From the NCBI GenBank assembly GCA_043228905.1, contig JBHGNT010000006.1, positions 5,828,001-5,892,000 on the forward strand: a DNA stretch of 64,000 nucleotides, written 5' to 3'. This stretch comes from Azolla caroliniana (Eukaryota > Plantae > Polypodiophyta). Under the pieces are notes generated by a model, which ran no database searches, was not told the DNA's origin, and was given only the letters and a program-made list of their open reading frames with translations. The translations under genes were made by a program, and so were the position numbers. Each line of letters starts with the position of its first letter. The stretch's first letter is position 1. Positions 23,579-33,858 of this stretch are shown here, one piece after another.

Positions 23579-24789
23579 TGTTCGCGAAGAGGTTGAGGGT
23601 GTGTTCCATTCATGTTATATGGTTCGAGAATCAACCCTCGATTACTTGAGGATTTACAGGCCTAGTATTTATTGATGATGTGTTTCAGCAGTTCAACATT
23701 TTGCAATCGTGATGATTGGCGCGACATATTGAAAGTTTTGAGAAGGGATCGAGTGGCCTGTCAACCCAATGATGCATCTTATCATTATTCCCTTTACCTT
23801 ATAAAAACAAGATAGACATCTACTTTATGACAATATTCACTATTGTTTTAGGCAGTGAACACCCCCTCAATATTGCCCAATAATAACTTTGAGCCCAAGG
23901 CTCCTTCTAATTGCTAACGGTTCAACATCTCAAAAATGAGCTCATATTACTGCTGGCAAAATGAGGTCTAGATAACAAACATGTTTTTGAAGACAGACAA
24001 ACTTTACACATGGGAGACACTTCTATTCAAAACCAACCCATTTCCAAGTCGGATTGTAATTAAGTTATTATAAATTCTAAAGCCAAAACTACATGTCTAC
24101 ATGCATCGTAATAACAACACAATTTTACGAGGATTATTCGTAGTGGAGAATTAATCAAAGCCTTATTGTCTCTACTATTGTCATTATGGCTCTAAAATGA
24201 TAGGGAATCAAGTTTAATAAAATCATTACTTATAAGTAGACAATTTTGAATATTTTGTGGTTCTTGAATATATGAATTGACATGTTGTGCTATTTCATGT
24301 TCTCAAGTTTCAACATATTCCACAAATGTTCATGCATAAACATCCCATATTTGTCATGGACATAGGAACATAAATTGGAGAGATTTTGTGTCTTTCAATG
24401 AAAATTGGATTTGTGGATTTAAAAATAAAAAAATTAACAAGATCTTATGATTAGGCTTTGTATAAAAAATTGCCAATGTTGAGTATATTTGCGATATCCA
24501 GAATTTTTGTAACTCTTTAGAGACTTTGGCATGTGATTTATATTGTGAAGGCAAAGAATATTTTTTCCTCTATAATGTTTGTTAGAATATTCTTTGGGAT
24601 GGGTACATGATACGACTCGTATGGTTAAATTTATTGCAAGAAAATATTTTTAGCAATCAATTGTTCACATTGTTTTGTTACTTACTGTATCAATGCTATT
24701 TCTTTAATGAGTGCCCACATTGACAATCAATTGTTAACATAATTCTCTAATATTGTTGACAAGTATAACATTATAAAATTCCTTTACGC

Positions 24790-25591
24790 TGTCGAGATGT
24801 TTCGCAAGTGCGTGTGGATATGAGGCGGGACCGCGGGGGCCTCGAACCAAAGAGCAAGCGAGGGGGGAGAAAGAGAGAGAGCCGGCTACGCAGGGCCGGG
24901 GATACACAGGGACACGGCCCTTCAGCACGGAGAACGCGAACAGACACCGACACAGACAGATGCGAACGACTAAAGATGTATATTAACAAAAATGGCTAAC
25001 ACGACTACAACCCACGATGGGGCTCAGGTTGGTTACAACCGAACAAGCCGGCGAACAGATGCCGATACTTGTCCGCTTCGATGCACAAAAGGAATGGGGG
25101 AATGGGGGGTAGCAGGTTGGAGGTGCTGCCGGAAGCACTCGGGCGTTCCTCGAAACAGCGCGAGCCTCCCCGGAACCCTGCACAGAAAGCTATGGAACTC
25201 CAGAAGGAGGGAAGCAGAGAGAGAGAAGCCTCCAGAAACGGTCCGACAGCACTTCCTCCTCTCCGCGCGAGATCCCTGCAACAGCTCTTTCCCGCTCCTT
25301 ATATAGCCCGCCGAGCAGGCCGTCGTGTCAGCTTTATTCCCTGTCCCTTTTGGACAGGGATCCGCTCCGTTTTTCACGCGTCCGCGTAGTTACGCCGCCG
25401 ACTCGTACAGTTCGCGCGCGCCACCGAAAAGACTGTTCGCGCGGTCTTTGTCTCCACGTGAGTTAGGGCCCGTTCCTGCCGATTATCCTCCTTATTCGCT
25501 TCTATGTACAACTTGGAGCGTGCGCGCGTGAAGAACCGGTTCCCACGCCTTGGTGTGCCGATTCCGCCTATGGACGGTTTTCTTCACGACA
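24790..25591 (-). repeat. 3' LTR
   Basis: tgtcgagatg...cttcacgaca; direct repeat of 31313-32114. Confidence 0.97.
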
Positions 25592-25606
25592 TCCGCCCCC
25601 ACCTAA
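25592..25606 (-). other. Polypurine-tract-like sequence
   Basis: Minus-strand TTAGGTGGGGGCGGA immediately precedes the 3' LTR; purine-rich but imperfect. Confidence 0.6.
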
Positions 25607-25662
25607 CCGCGCATCCTCCGGTATGCGCCAAGAGAGTTGGGACGGAGAAAACCGGCCCGTCT

Positions 25663-28600
25663 TCATTCCTCGCCCGTCGGTTCTTCCTCGTTTTCGGATC
25701 GTTCGTCACTGCCGACCAGGAGAGCCGGGTCGGGCTCGTCGTCGTGTCGCTTCTTGAACGCTTTGATCCGCTTCCCTGCAACCGGTATCGCCATTCTCGT
25801 GCCGTCGAGTTCCGCCAGGTGATATGTCCCGTTGCCATTGGCGCTCCGTACCGCGTAAGGCCCAAACCACCTTCGTGCGAACTTCCGTGTAGCTCGGTGC
25901 TGGTTGTCGAGGCTGCTGTCGTAGACGAGCACCCAGTCACCTTCTTCGATCTTCTTTGGTCGGAGCCGGTGCGTCCGGTCGAACCTGGCTTTGTTCTTTG
26001 CCCTCGCCACCCGGAGCCTCTCCGCAGCCAGTTCCACGTCCTCCGGTCTCCGCTCGAGCTGTCGTATACGCGCGGCCAACAACTCCTCCCGGCTCATCTC
26101 GTCCCTCCAGTCGACCGTTGCCCACGAGGAGATCGTCCGCTCCATCGGCATGATCGGCTTCTGGCCGAACATGAGCTCCGCCGGCATGTACCCGGTTACC
26201 GAACTGTGCGTGGTCCGGTCTGCCCACAAAGCATAAGGTAGCAGCCGCGGCCAGTTACCGACTTGGCCTCCGCATGCCCGAACCAACGCCTTGACGATCG
26301 GTCCGTGCCCGCGCTCCACCTTTCCATTCGCCTCCGGATTGTACGCAGTGGTGAGCGAGAGCTTAACTCCGAGCTGGTCGAACAGCTCCGCGGCTTCTTC
26401 GGTGTCCAGCTCCCCTCGATCAGCCACGATCTTCCCGACGCACCCGTACCGGCATATCACGTCCTCGATTAGGAACCGACATACGGCCGCGGTCGTTTTG
26501 TTCGGGAGGGCTCGGCCTTCCACCTGGTTCGTCAGATCCTCCCGTGCTAGGGCCAGGTACCGCATCTGTCCTACCCCCATTGGCATCGTCACCAGATCTA
26601 CCATCCATTTGAAGTGGATGGTCGGAGGGTACGTAGGGTGAAGCTCGTCCCGGTGTCGGACTGTGGAGTGCATCTGACAGCTCTCGCAAGTCGTCACGAA
26701 CCGATGCACGTCCTGGTACTGCCCCGGCCACCAATACTTCCCCTTCAGTTTCTCAAACGTAGCCCATGTTCCACGGTGTCCGGCCCAAGGGCTGTCGTGG
26801 TAGGCCGTCAGCAGCTCCTCCTGTTCTTCCTTCATCGCCACCACCCGGAGCGGAGCGCCGTCCCTCTTCTTCGGGTGCTTCCATAGATAGCCATCCCGGA
26901 GGAAGAACCGGTACGCTTTCTTTCGGATCCGGTTGGCCTCGTCCTTCGTCCATGACGCATCGGGTGTCATTGTCTTCAAAAACCCACCGATCTGCAGCCA
27001 CTCCCCGTCGTACTTGCTCGCGTCGAAGTCGCTAAGCGCCGGAGTGCTTGTTCCGTCGGTCGTTACATACGCAGTCTCGAAGAAGTCCACGCCGACCTCT
27101 TCGTCCTCCGAAACCATGCCGCCCTCGTTATCGAATCTCGCCCTTGAAAGCATGTCGGCCCTGGCGTTGTCTTTCCCGGAAATGTGTCGTATTACCGGGT
27201 CTAGGGACTTGATATACGCTATCCACCTGAGCATTGCCAGGTCCGGCGTCGCGCATCCGGAAACCATGCCAAGAATCGGCATGCAATCCGTCTCTATGAT
27301 TACCTCCGTCCCGATCAGATAGTCCTTGTCGGCCTTCACCGCCGAAACGATACCCCAGAGTTCGCGTTTAACCTGGGCGTATCCTCGCTGCCGTTCGCTG
27401 AGGACCTTCGCGCCGAATCGGATCGGAAACCGATTGCCGTCCTCGTCTTCTTGGTTGACGACCCACCCGATTCCGGTCGGACTCGTGTCAACCGTTATGT
27501 ACACTGGGGTGCCCTTCCCGTAGACGGCCTTTCGGAGCGCCGGTGCTGCCGAAAGAGCCTCCTTCAGCTTCCGGACCGACTCTGTGTGCTTGTCTAGCCA
27601 TTCGAATCTTCGCCCTTTCCTCAATAATCCGTATAGCGGCTCCGCAACGTGGGCGTAATGCGGGATCCATATGTGGTAGAATGCGCATGCCCCCAGGAAT
27701 CTTCGTACTTCCGTGACCGAGCGGCAGTCGGGCTTCATCGCGGAGATGGCTTCTACCTTTGCCGGAGACGGTTTCCGGCCATATGGCCCACATAAGTGTC
27801 CGACCACCATGATTTCCGACTGCCCGAAGGCTGATTTCTCCCCCGAGAAGGTGAGCCTCGCATCCTCTAGCCTTTGCAGCACCTTCTCGCAGTCGTCGAT
27901 GTGCGCCGTCACGAATCGCCGGCATCCGTCCGGCCCGATTGTCTCGTCCTTCTCTTCTACCGGGCATCCCTTGATCGGGATGTCGTCTAGAAACGGCATG
28001 GTGACGTTCGGGATGCAGTCCCTCAGCACCTTGTTCATCGCATTCACCATGTGGGCTACCGAGTTGGTCCCTCCTTGCGGCAGCGTACACATCCGCACTA
28101 GGCCGAGGGGAGTTCGCATCGTCGTAATGTCTCTGCTCTCCACGGCTAGCTGGAACTGGTCGTACCCTGAGTATAGATCACCGACCGAGTAAATCGACCT
28201 TCCGGCGAAGGCCTCCGCGAACTCGTCTATGGTCGGTCCGATCCCCGCGTTCCGAATGGTCACTCTATTGACCGGCTGCAGGTCCTGGATGAAGCGCAAT
28301 GATCCGTTTTTCTTTGGTACGGTAAACCAGCGGTTTGAATACGGGGCGCTCGACGGCTCGAGAATGCCCATATCAACTTTCTGCTTCAACAACTCCATCA
28401 ACTTCGGGATGTGAGCTCTCGGAACCGAAATTGGCTTGAGATTCCACAGTACATGCGGTACCGTGAATATCACCATTGGTTCTACGATCGTCGGGTCCAC
28501 GCACCCGATTTCCTCCGGTGAGAATGCGAAGGCTTTCCCGTGCCTTCCGAGCATTCTCCGAAACCGGTCTTCCTCCACCGGCAGTAGGAACCCGCCCCCA

Positions 28601-29151
28601 CCGATCTTCAGCTCGCGGAGCGTCTCGTTGGTGAAGGTGTGTCCTATGCAGGCCGGATCTCGTAAGCTGGGGTCCGATGCAACCCCTTTGATTCGGGACT
28701 CGCTGCCCTCCGGTAAGGGTGCCGCGACTGGCCTCACCTTCCGGTCCACGGTCTTGTACTTGGTGCTCACTCGGGCCGTCCGTTCCGACTCGAGCCCTCG
28801 ACCGAAGTCCGCGATGACTTCGTACATTTCTTCTGAACATACCGGTATCGTCCGGTCTTCGTTAAAGTCTTCTTCGACTACCCCCCCCAGCATTCCCAAG
28901 GTGTCGTCGAAGGAGACTGCCTCCACGGCTCCGTTGATTCCTTCGTCAGGGCCGAGAACTCCGCACGCCCGAAGTCTCCCCTCCGTCTTTGTTTTCTCTC
29001 GGCCGGTGATGCCGACCATCGTACATGCTCCGCTGTCGGAGAAGCAAAATTTCCTACCTATTGTACACGGTTTTATCGTACAGATGTGGGGTTTTCCCGG
29101 AGCATCCGGACTGTCGCGGCCCCACGCCTTGGCAGTCCTCTCTAAAAATCC
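25663..29151 (-). CDS. pol: Pol (reverse transcriptase, RNase H, integrase), probably expressed by -1 frameshift from gag-pro
   Basis: RT: DLYSGYDQ, LPQGGTNS, FLDD. RNase H: VDTS, ETDC, ADMLSR. Integrase: H..H/CESC zinc finger, VDLV, ADRGE, GKVERGH, WFGPY. No chromodomain. The frame stays open upstream of the ATG at 29019 as far as the gag stop region. Confidence 0.95.
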   Translation of the reverse strand, partial: GFLERTAKAWGRDSPDAPGKPHICTIKPCTIGRKFCFSDSGACTMVGITGREKTKTEGRLRACGVLGPDEGINGAVEAVSFDDTLGMLGGVVEEDFNEDRTIPVCSEEMYEVIADFGRGLESERTARVSTKYKTVDRKVRPVAAPLPEGSESRIKGVASDPSLRDPACIGHTFTNETLRELKIGGGGFLLPVEEDRFRRMLGRHGKAFAFSPEEIGCVDPTIVEPMVIFTVPHVLWNLKPISVPRAHIPKLMELLKQKVDMGILEPSSAPYSNRWFTVPKKNGSLRFIQDLQPVNRVTIRNAGIGPTIDEFAEAFAGRSIYSVGDLYSGYDQFQLAVESRDITTMRTPLGLVRMCTLPQGGTNSVAHMVNAMNKVLRDCIPNVTMPFLDDIPIKGCPVEEKDETIGPDGCRRFVTAHIDDCEKVLQRLEDARLTFSGEKSAFGQSEIMVVGHLCGPYGRKPSPAKVEAISAMKPDCRSVTEVRRFLGACAFYHIWIPHYAHVAEPLYGLLRKGRRFEWLDKHTESVRKLKEALSAAPALRKAVYGKGTPVYITVDTSPTGIGWVVNQEDEDGNRFPIRFGAKVLSERQRGYAQVKRELWGIVSAVKADKDYLIGTEVIIETDCMPILGMVSGCATPDLAMLRWIAYIKSLDPVIRHISGKDNARADMLSRARFDNEGGMVSEDEEVGVDFFETAYVTTDGTSTPALSDFDASKYDGEWLQIGGFLKTMTPDASWTKDEANRIRKKAYRFFLRDGYLWKHPKKRDGAPLRVVAMKEEQEELLTAYHDSPWAGHRGTWATFEKLKGKYWWPGQYQDVHRFVTTCESCQMHSTVRHRDELHPTYPPTIHFKWMVDLVTMPMGVGQMRYLALAREDLTNQVEGRALPNKTTAAVCRFLIEDVICRYGCVGKIVADRGELDTEEAAELFDQLGVKLSLTTAYNPEANGKVERGHGPIVKALVRACGGQVGNWPRLLPYALWADRTTHSSVTGYMPAELMFGQKPIMPMERTISSWATVDWRDEMSREELLAARIRQLERRPEDVELAAERLRVARAKNKARFDRTHRLRPKKIEEGDWVLVYDSSLDNQHRATRKFARRWFGPYAVRSANGNGTYHLAELDGTRMAIPVAGKRIKAFKKRHDDEPDPALLVGSDERSENEEEPTGEE
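29086..29151 (-). promoter_or_regulatory. Putative -1 programmed ribosomal frameshift signal (G GAU UUU + 6-nt spacer + pseudoknot)
   Basis: Heptamer at 29151-29145 directly before the gag-pro stop. Stem 1 is GGACUG (29138-29133) / CAGUCC (29113-29108). Stem 2 is GUGGGG (29125-29120) / CCCCAC (29091-29086). Confidence 0.75.
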
Positions 29152-31268
29152 TCTCGGTTTTCGGAACCGAGGGAATCGCGGTTACGTTCGTGGTTCGGCC
29201 TTACCGTCAGAAACTGGACCGAATGGCGCCCGTCTTGGCTTTTGACCCTCGCGTAGGCCGAACCATTGTCCAGCACTTTGGTCTCCATTCGCGCCGCCGT
29301 GATGTACGGCTCTCCCAGAATGACCGGATGCGAAGACGTCTCCTGCACGAAGAAGTGCTGGTCAATCTCGACGTCGCCAATCTTGACTCGCACATTCGGA
29401 CAGGCCCCGTGCAGTTCCTCGGTGGCGCGCGTTGCCGCCCTTATTTTCCACCCGTGCTTGGTGTTGATCGACCATTTGCCCTTCTTATAGAAGTCCATGG
29501 ACATCAAATTGATCTCCGATCCGTGGTCCACCAAAGCTATCACCGGTTCCCGGACATCGCCGATCTTCACCGGGGTCTCCGTGGTCGCTCGGGCCCAGTG
29601 TGGTCTCGAATAGTGGCTTTCTGCCCACTCGTCTCCCAGCGCCATGTCGTCTAGGTGCGTCGTCCGCACTTCCACCGGTCTTTCCGGTTCTGTCTCCGTC
29701 GAAAGCCTCTTCCGTTTCACCAGGTCCACGATGGAGTCGTGGAACTCCTTCTTGGCGATTCCCAGCACCTCTCGTAACGACAGCTCCACCTTGCTGTCGA
29801 GGATCCGTTCCTCCAGGACCTTTCGTAAGTCCGTGGTCCTTTCTATCTCCGTCCCCAGACGGTACCCGCCCTTCTGGGGTTTATCTTGCGTGCCGGCCCC
29901 GCCGGCTTCGTCCCGTCGTGGCCCGGACCGGGTCTCGCATCGTTGTGAGGGCCCGGTCGTCCCGGGTCTCCCCACCCGCTTCTCTTCTACCAGAGCCTCG
30001 TAGTTCCGGCAAGCGGCTTCCACGAAGCCCGTCCTTTCCTCGACCGGGTCGCTCCACCCGGTCATCTCCCGTACCCGTTTCTCCGCACTGTCCGATTCCT
30101 CCCCTTTAAGCCTTGCCCCGGCAAGGCCTTCCAGCATCGTCGGCCAGAATCCGGCTTTGCTTTCCCTTCGGGCCTCGCCGCCCCCGACTCGAATGCCGGC
30201 CGACGCCGAGTAGTGGACGGTTTCCGCGTGTCGGGCCGCCGCCTCTTCCATCAACCTTTTCATGCCACCCTTTCCGTCGTTTCGGCTCAGGGCCCTTCGG
30301 GTGTCGCTGGCATGCACCCGTCCTTCCCATAGGTACACCACCCTGTCCCTCAGCGCCTCCGCGAAGTCGCCGCAGTCCTTCCGAATGTGGCCGACTTCAT
30401 CGCACCACATGCACCTGTTTCCCGCCGCCGGCCGTCGGTCACGAGCCGGTTCGCCTCCTTCCCTTCGGGCCTGCGCGATTTGGAGGTCCTTTATCGCCTT
30501 CGTCAATTCCTCCAGCGCCGCTCCTCCGGTTGAGCCTCTGACTACGCCGGTCGAAGCCGAACCGGTTTCCAACCACTCCCGGGTCTCTTCCTTGCGCACC
30601 TGTGGCGCTGGTTCGAGCTTCCTTGCTGCGACCGAGCCCGACCCGGTCGCCCCGTTATCCGCCCATTCTCGCCGTTTGTCGAAACGGCCACAGACCTTCC
30701 TGACAGCCGCCCAGTCGGTAGTGAGCCCGTCTTCGGTTTCCAGCAAGAGGCCCACTTGCTCCCGATCCCGCTCGTCGACCGACTTGACAAACAGCAAGAC
30801 CCGGCTCGTGTCCAGGATGGTTCGGTCGAGCGCCGAAAGGCGCGCAAAGTTTTCCTCGAACTCCCGGAGGAGCGCCGACGCGTTTCTTCCCTTCCCCGGG
30901 GACTCCACCCATTCCATGAACCTTCGCTTCGAAAGCCGGAGCGCGTCGTCCAGCCCGTATTTCTCTAGGAGCCGACCTTCGAACTCCTCCCAGGTACGGC
31001 TCTCCGTCCGCACCTCGAGCACCTCCGCATGGATGCTCGGCATCGCCACTCGGGGAAATCCGGCAAGACGCCTTTCTTCCGGAATGTCCCGCATCAGCAT
31101 CTCTGCACCGTAGGACGCCAAATACTTCGTGGCATCCTTCCCATCGAACCGGCCGATCGTGCCGACGACCGCCTCAATAGCTCTGTCGAGGGCACCGGTG
31201 CTCTCGCGCGCGTTTACAATCCGATCCACGGCCGAAGCCATGGCCTCTGCGAGATCCGACCCCCTCAT
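29142..31268 (-). CDS. gag: Gag-protease polyprotein (708 aa from the first ATG after the PBS)
   Basis: Zinc knuckle CMWCDEVGHIRKDC; aspartic protease ALVDHGSEINLM...VILGEPY; ends REDF*. Confidence 0.92.
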   Translation of the reverse strand: MRGSDLAEAMASAVDRIVNARESTGALDRAIEAVVGTIGRFDGKDATKYLASYGAEMLMRDIPEERRLAGFPRVAMPSIHAEVLEVRTESRTWEEFEGRLLEKYGLDDALRLSKRRFMEWVESPGKGRNASALLREFEENFARLSALDRTILDTSRVLLFVKSVDERDREQVGLLLETEDGLTTDWAAVRKVCGRFDKRREWADNGATGSGSVAARKLEPAPQVRKEETREWLETGSASTGVVRGSTGGAALEELTKAIKDLQIAQARREGGEPARDRRPAAGNRCMWCDEVGHIRKDCGDFAEALRDRVVYLWEGRVHASDTRRALSRNDGKGGMKRLMEEAAARHAETVHYSASAGIRVGGGEARRESKAGFWPTMLEGLAGARLKGEESDSAEKRVREMTGWSDPVEERTGFVEAACRNYEALVEEKRVGRPGTTGPSQRCETRSGPRRDEAGGAGTQDKPQKGGYRLGTEIERTTDLRKVLEERILDSKVELSLREVLGIAKKEFHDSIVDLVKRKRLSTETEPERPVEVRTTHLDDMALGDEWAESHYSRPHWARATTETPVKIGDVREPVIALVDHGSEINLMSMDFYKKGKWSINTKHGWKIRAATRATEELHGACPNVRVKIGDVEIDQHFFVQETSSHPVILGEPYITAARMETKVLDNGSAYARVKSQDGRHSVQFLTVRPNHERNRDSLGSENREDF

Positions 31269-31290
31269 CTTCCGCTCTTCTGCCGCCTCT

Positions 31291-31308
31291 TTCACGTCGG
31301 GTTCACCA
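31291..31308 (-). other. Primer-binding site complementary to the 3' end of plant tRNA-Trp
   Basis: The plus strand reads TTCACGTCGGGTTCACCA, which equals the 3' 18 nt of plant cytosolic tRNA-Trp(CCA) as I recall it. It lies 4 nt from the 5' LTR. Confidence 0.85.
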
Positions 31309-31312
31309 AAGA

Positions 31313-32114
31313 TGTCGAGATGTTTCGCAAGTGCGTGTGGATATGAGGCGGGACCGCGGGGGCCTCGAACCAAAGAGCAAGCGAGGGGGGAGAAAGAGAG
31401 AGAGCCGGCTACGCAGGGCCGGGGATACACAGGGACACGGCCCTTCAGCACGGAGAACGCGAACAGACACCGACACAGACAGATGCGAACGACTAAAGAT
31501 GTATATTAACAAAAATGGCTAACACGACTACAACCCACGATGGGGCTCAGGTTGGTTACAACCGAACAAGCCGGCGAACAGATGCCGATACTTGTCCGCT
31601 TCGATGCACAAAAGGAATGGGGGAATGGGGGGTAGCAGGTTGGAGGTGCTGCCGGAAGCACTCGGGCGTTCCTCGAAACAGCGCGAGCCTCCCCGGAACC
31701 CTGCACAGAAAGCTATGGAACTCCAGAAGGAGGGAAGCAGAGAGAGAGAAGCCTCCAGAAACGGTCCGACAGCACTTCCTCCTCTCCGCGCGAGATCCCT
31801 GCAACAGCTCTTTCCCGCTCCTTATATAGCCCGCCGAGCAGGCCGTCGTGTCAGCTTTATTCCCTGTCCCTTTTGGACAGGGATCCGCTCCGTTTTTCAC
31901 GCGTCCGCGTAGTTACGCCGCCGACTCGTACAGTTCGCGCGCGCCACCGAAAAGACTGTTCGCGCGGTCTTTGTCTCCACGTGAGTTAGGGCCCGTTCCT
32001 GCCGATTATCCTCCTTATTCGCTTCTATGTACAACTTGGAGCGTGCGCGCGTGAAGAACCGGTTCCCACGCCTTGGTGTGCCGATTCCGCCTATGGACGG
32101 TTTTCTTCACGACA
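31313..32114 (-). repeat. 5' LTR (TATA-like CTATATAA at 31829-31822)
   Basis: Direct repeat of 24790-25591; adjacent to the PBS. Confidence 0.97.
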
Positions 32115-32499
32115 ACGCATACAAGGTAGATTCAAGAAAACTCTTCTCAAACATATAGTGCAAAAAAGGAGTGTGAATGCTTCAATGGCATACTTGAGGA
32201 GTCTCCTTTAAACCATACAAGGATTTGTGATTGCATTGGCTTGTATGTCATCTTAGAGGCCAAAACAATTAGATGTCACATTCATTTGAAGATGACTATC
32301 AAGAATGATCAATGTATGGTTGGTTTCTTCGTCAACTACCAATGATAAACGTCAAATGAACAACTTGTAATGCCTCCATTGATTGGATATTTGAGGCACA
32401 CACAAACCCAAGACTTATTCCAACATTTCCTCTATTGCTCCTGGGGTCAATATAATATAAAAAGCATGGACATTTGTAAGTTTAAGATTGACTTGATAG

Positions 32500-32800
32500 A
32501 TGGATCTAGGATACTAGAAACCAAAACCTATTGTGCTCATAGTGAGAGTGAGTATTCCCTATAAAACAATATATTGCCATTGCTGCCTAAGGTGTCCTAT
32601 TAAAAAGATCATTCACGTAACTTCTTAAACATTGGCCACTCATTAGTTTCTTCATGCTATCTAGAGATTGTTATGCAACTTAAGTATCTAGAGAAAAGAG
32701 GAACTGCAAACTTTGCCATGTAGAGGTGAAGATGAGGAACACTATGTTTGTAGATGCCCTACACGTGAGGATATCAAAGATAAACATGATAGCATGGATA
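32500..32800 (+). mobile_element. Decayed RTE-X-like LINE ORF2 C-terminal fragment
   Basis: ...LEI...SREKRNCKLCHVE-EDEEHYVCRCPT... is the same Cys/His motif as in the LINE copies within the NDX introns. Confidence 0.55.
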
Positions 32801-33079
32801 CCAATGATGGATAGGGTTGCCTAGCGAAAAGTAGTGAAAAATGCCAAAGTTTGCCCAATTCCTGATAAAGATCCAAAGATGCCATTTTTACATGTAGGGT
32901 CATCACAAAGAGTGCATCAACTTGATGAGAGTTGATCCTATTGTCATTTGAATATCACAAAACACATCATGAGAGTTGGACCCTTTACTTAAGGGATATC
33001 GATGCCCTCTCTTGATCCAAAGGTACTCAAGCTTGATCATCCCCACAAAGATAGCCCATACAAAAAGGGAGAGCCACTA

Positions 33080-33582
33080 GAGTGTGTTGGTAAGGCCACC
33101 TGGTGGATACCAAAAGGTCATGAGTCCAACCCCTACATTCCATGGTAGCATCTAGTAAAGTAATAATATATATATATATATATATATATATGGAAGTTGG
33201 GTCTTGAACCCAAGATCTAGGGTTAGTAGTCTAGCAACTCACCACTACACGATAAAAAGAAAGTCACTAGACTAGCTTGGGCTAGACGTAACATGTTCAA
33301 ACCAATAAAGAACTCGAGGAGGAGCTTATTGATCGGCCGATGACCGGGAGTTAGTTCAACTTTTTCATGGGTCGGCAAACATCATTAGAGCCATTTTCTT
33401 TGTCTTTCTCTTCATCGTAATTACCATAGTGGTAAGTTGTTACACTACTAGCCCTAGGACTTGGGGTTTCGAACCCAAGTTTCTCACCTCTCTATTGCTC
33501 CCTACATACCCTCTAAATTTACTAGATGTCACTGTGGAATATAGGATTTGAACCCATTACCTCCTGGTCAAATTTGGTCTTA
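33080..33582. mobile_element. Two oppositely oriented copies of the tRNA-like short repeat upstream of the CCCH gene
   Basis: 33080-33255 has the same orientation as 18303-18493. 33413-33582 is inverted (gtggtaagttgt...ggggtttcgaacccaagtttctcacctctctatt...actagatg...tggaat...ttgaacccattacctcctggtc). Confidence 0.6.
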
Positions 33583-33740
33583 GAAGACGTTAATCTCTCT
33601 CTCTCTCTCACGTAAACCAAAGATTTACAACTCCCTGCAGGAAGAAAACCCTAAACCTCTCCCGCTTTCTGTCTCTGTCCCGTTCGTGTTTCTTCTCGAT
33701 GCAATCTTAAATCTGTTCGATCCCTCGTCAAGCTTCTTCC

Positions 33741-33817
33741 ATGGCCGAAGATGCACAGAAGCGCAACACAGACTGTGTGTATTACCTCGCGTCTCCCCTC
33801 ACTTGCAAGAAGGTACT

Positions 33818-33858
<41 letters not shown>

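Larger units (their letters stand above)
24790..32114 (-). mobile_element. Intact, very recent Ty3/gypsy LTR retrotransposon (non-chromovirus)
   Basis: Two 802-bp TG...CA LTRs with no difference seen by eye (the ORF-track translations are identical), a 4-bp TSD ACGC (24786-24789 / 32115-32118), uninterrupted gag-pro and pol with order RT-RH-IN, a PBS and a PPT. Strongly GC/CpG-rich relative to the flanks. Confidence 0.97.

Noticed and set aside
24734-32054. Many overlapping plus-strand and alternative-frame ORFs in the retrotransposon (e.g. 25504-26241, 28436-29245, 30262-31113)
   Set aside because: These are expected by-products of high GC and codon bias opposite gag/pol, and they carry no recognisable motifs.
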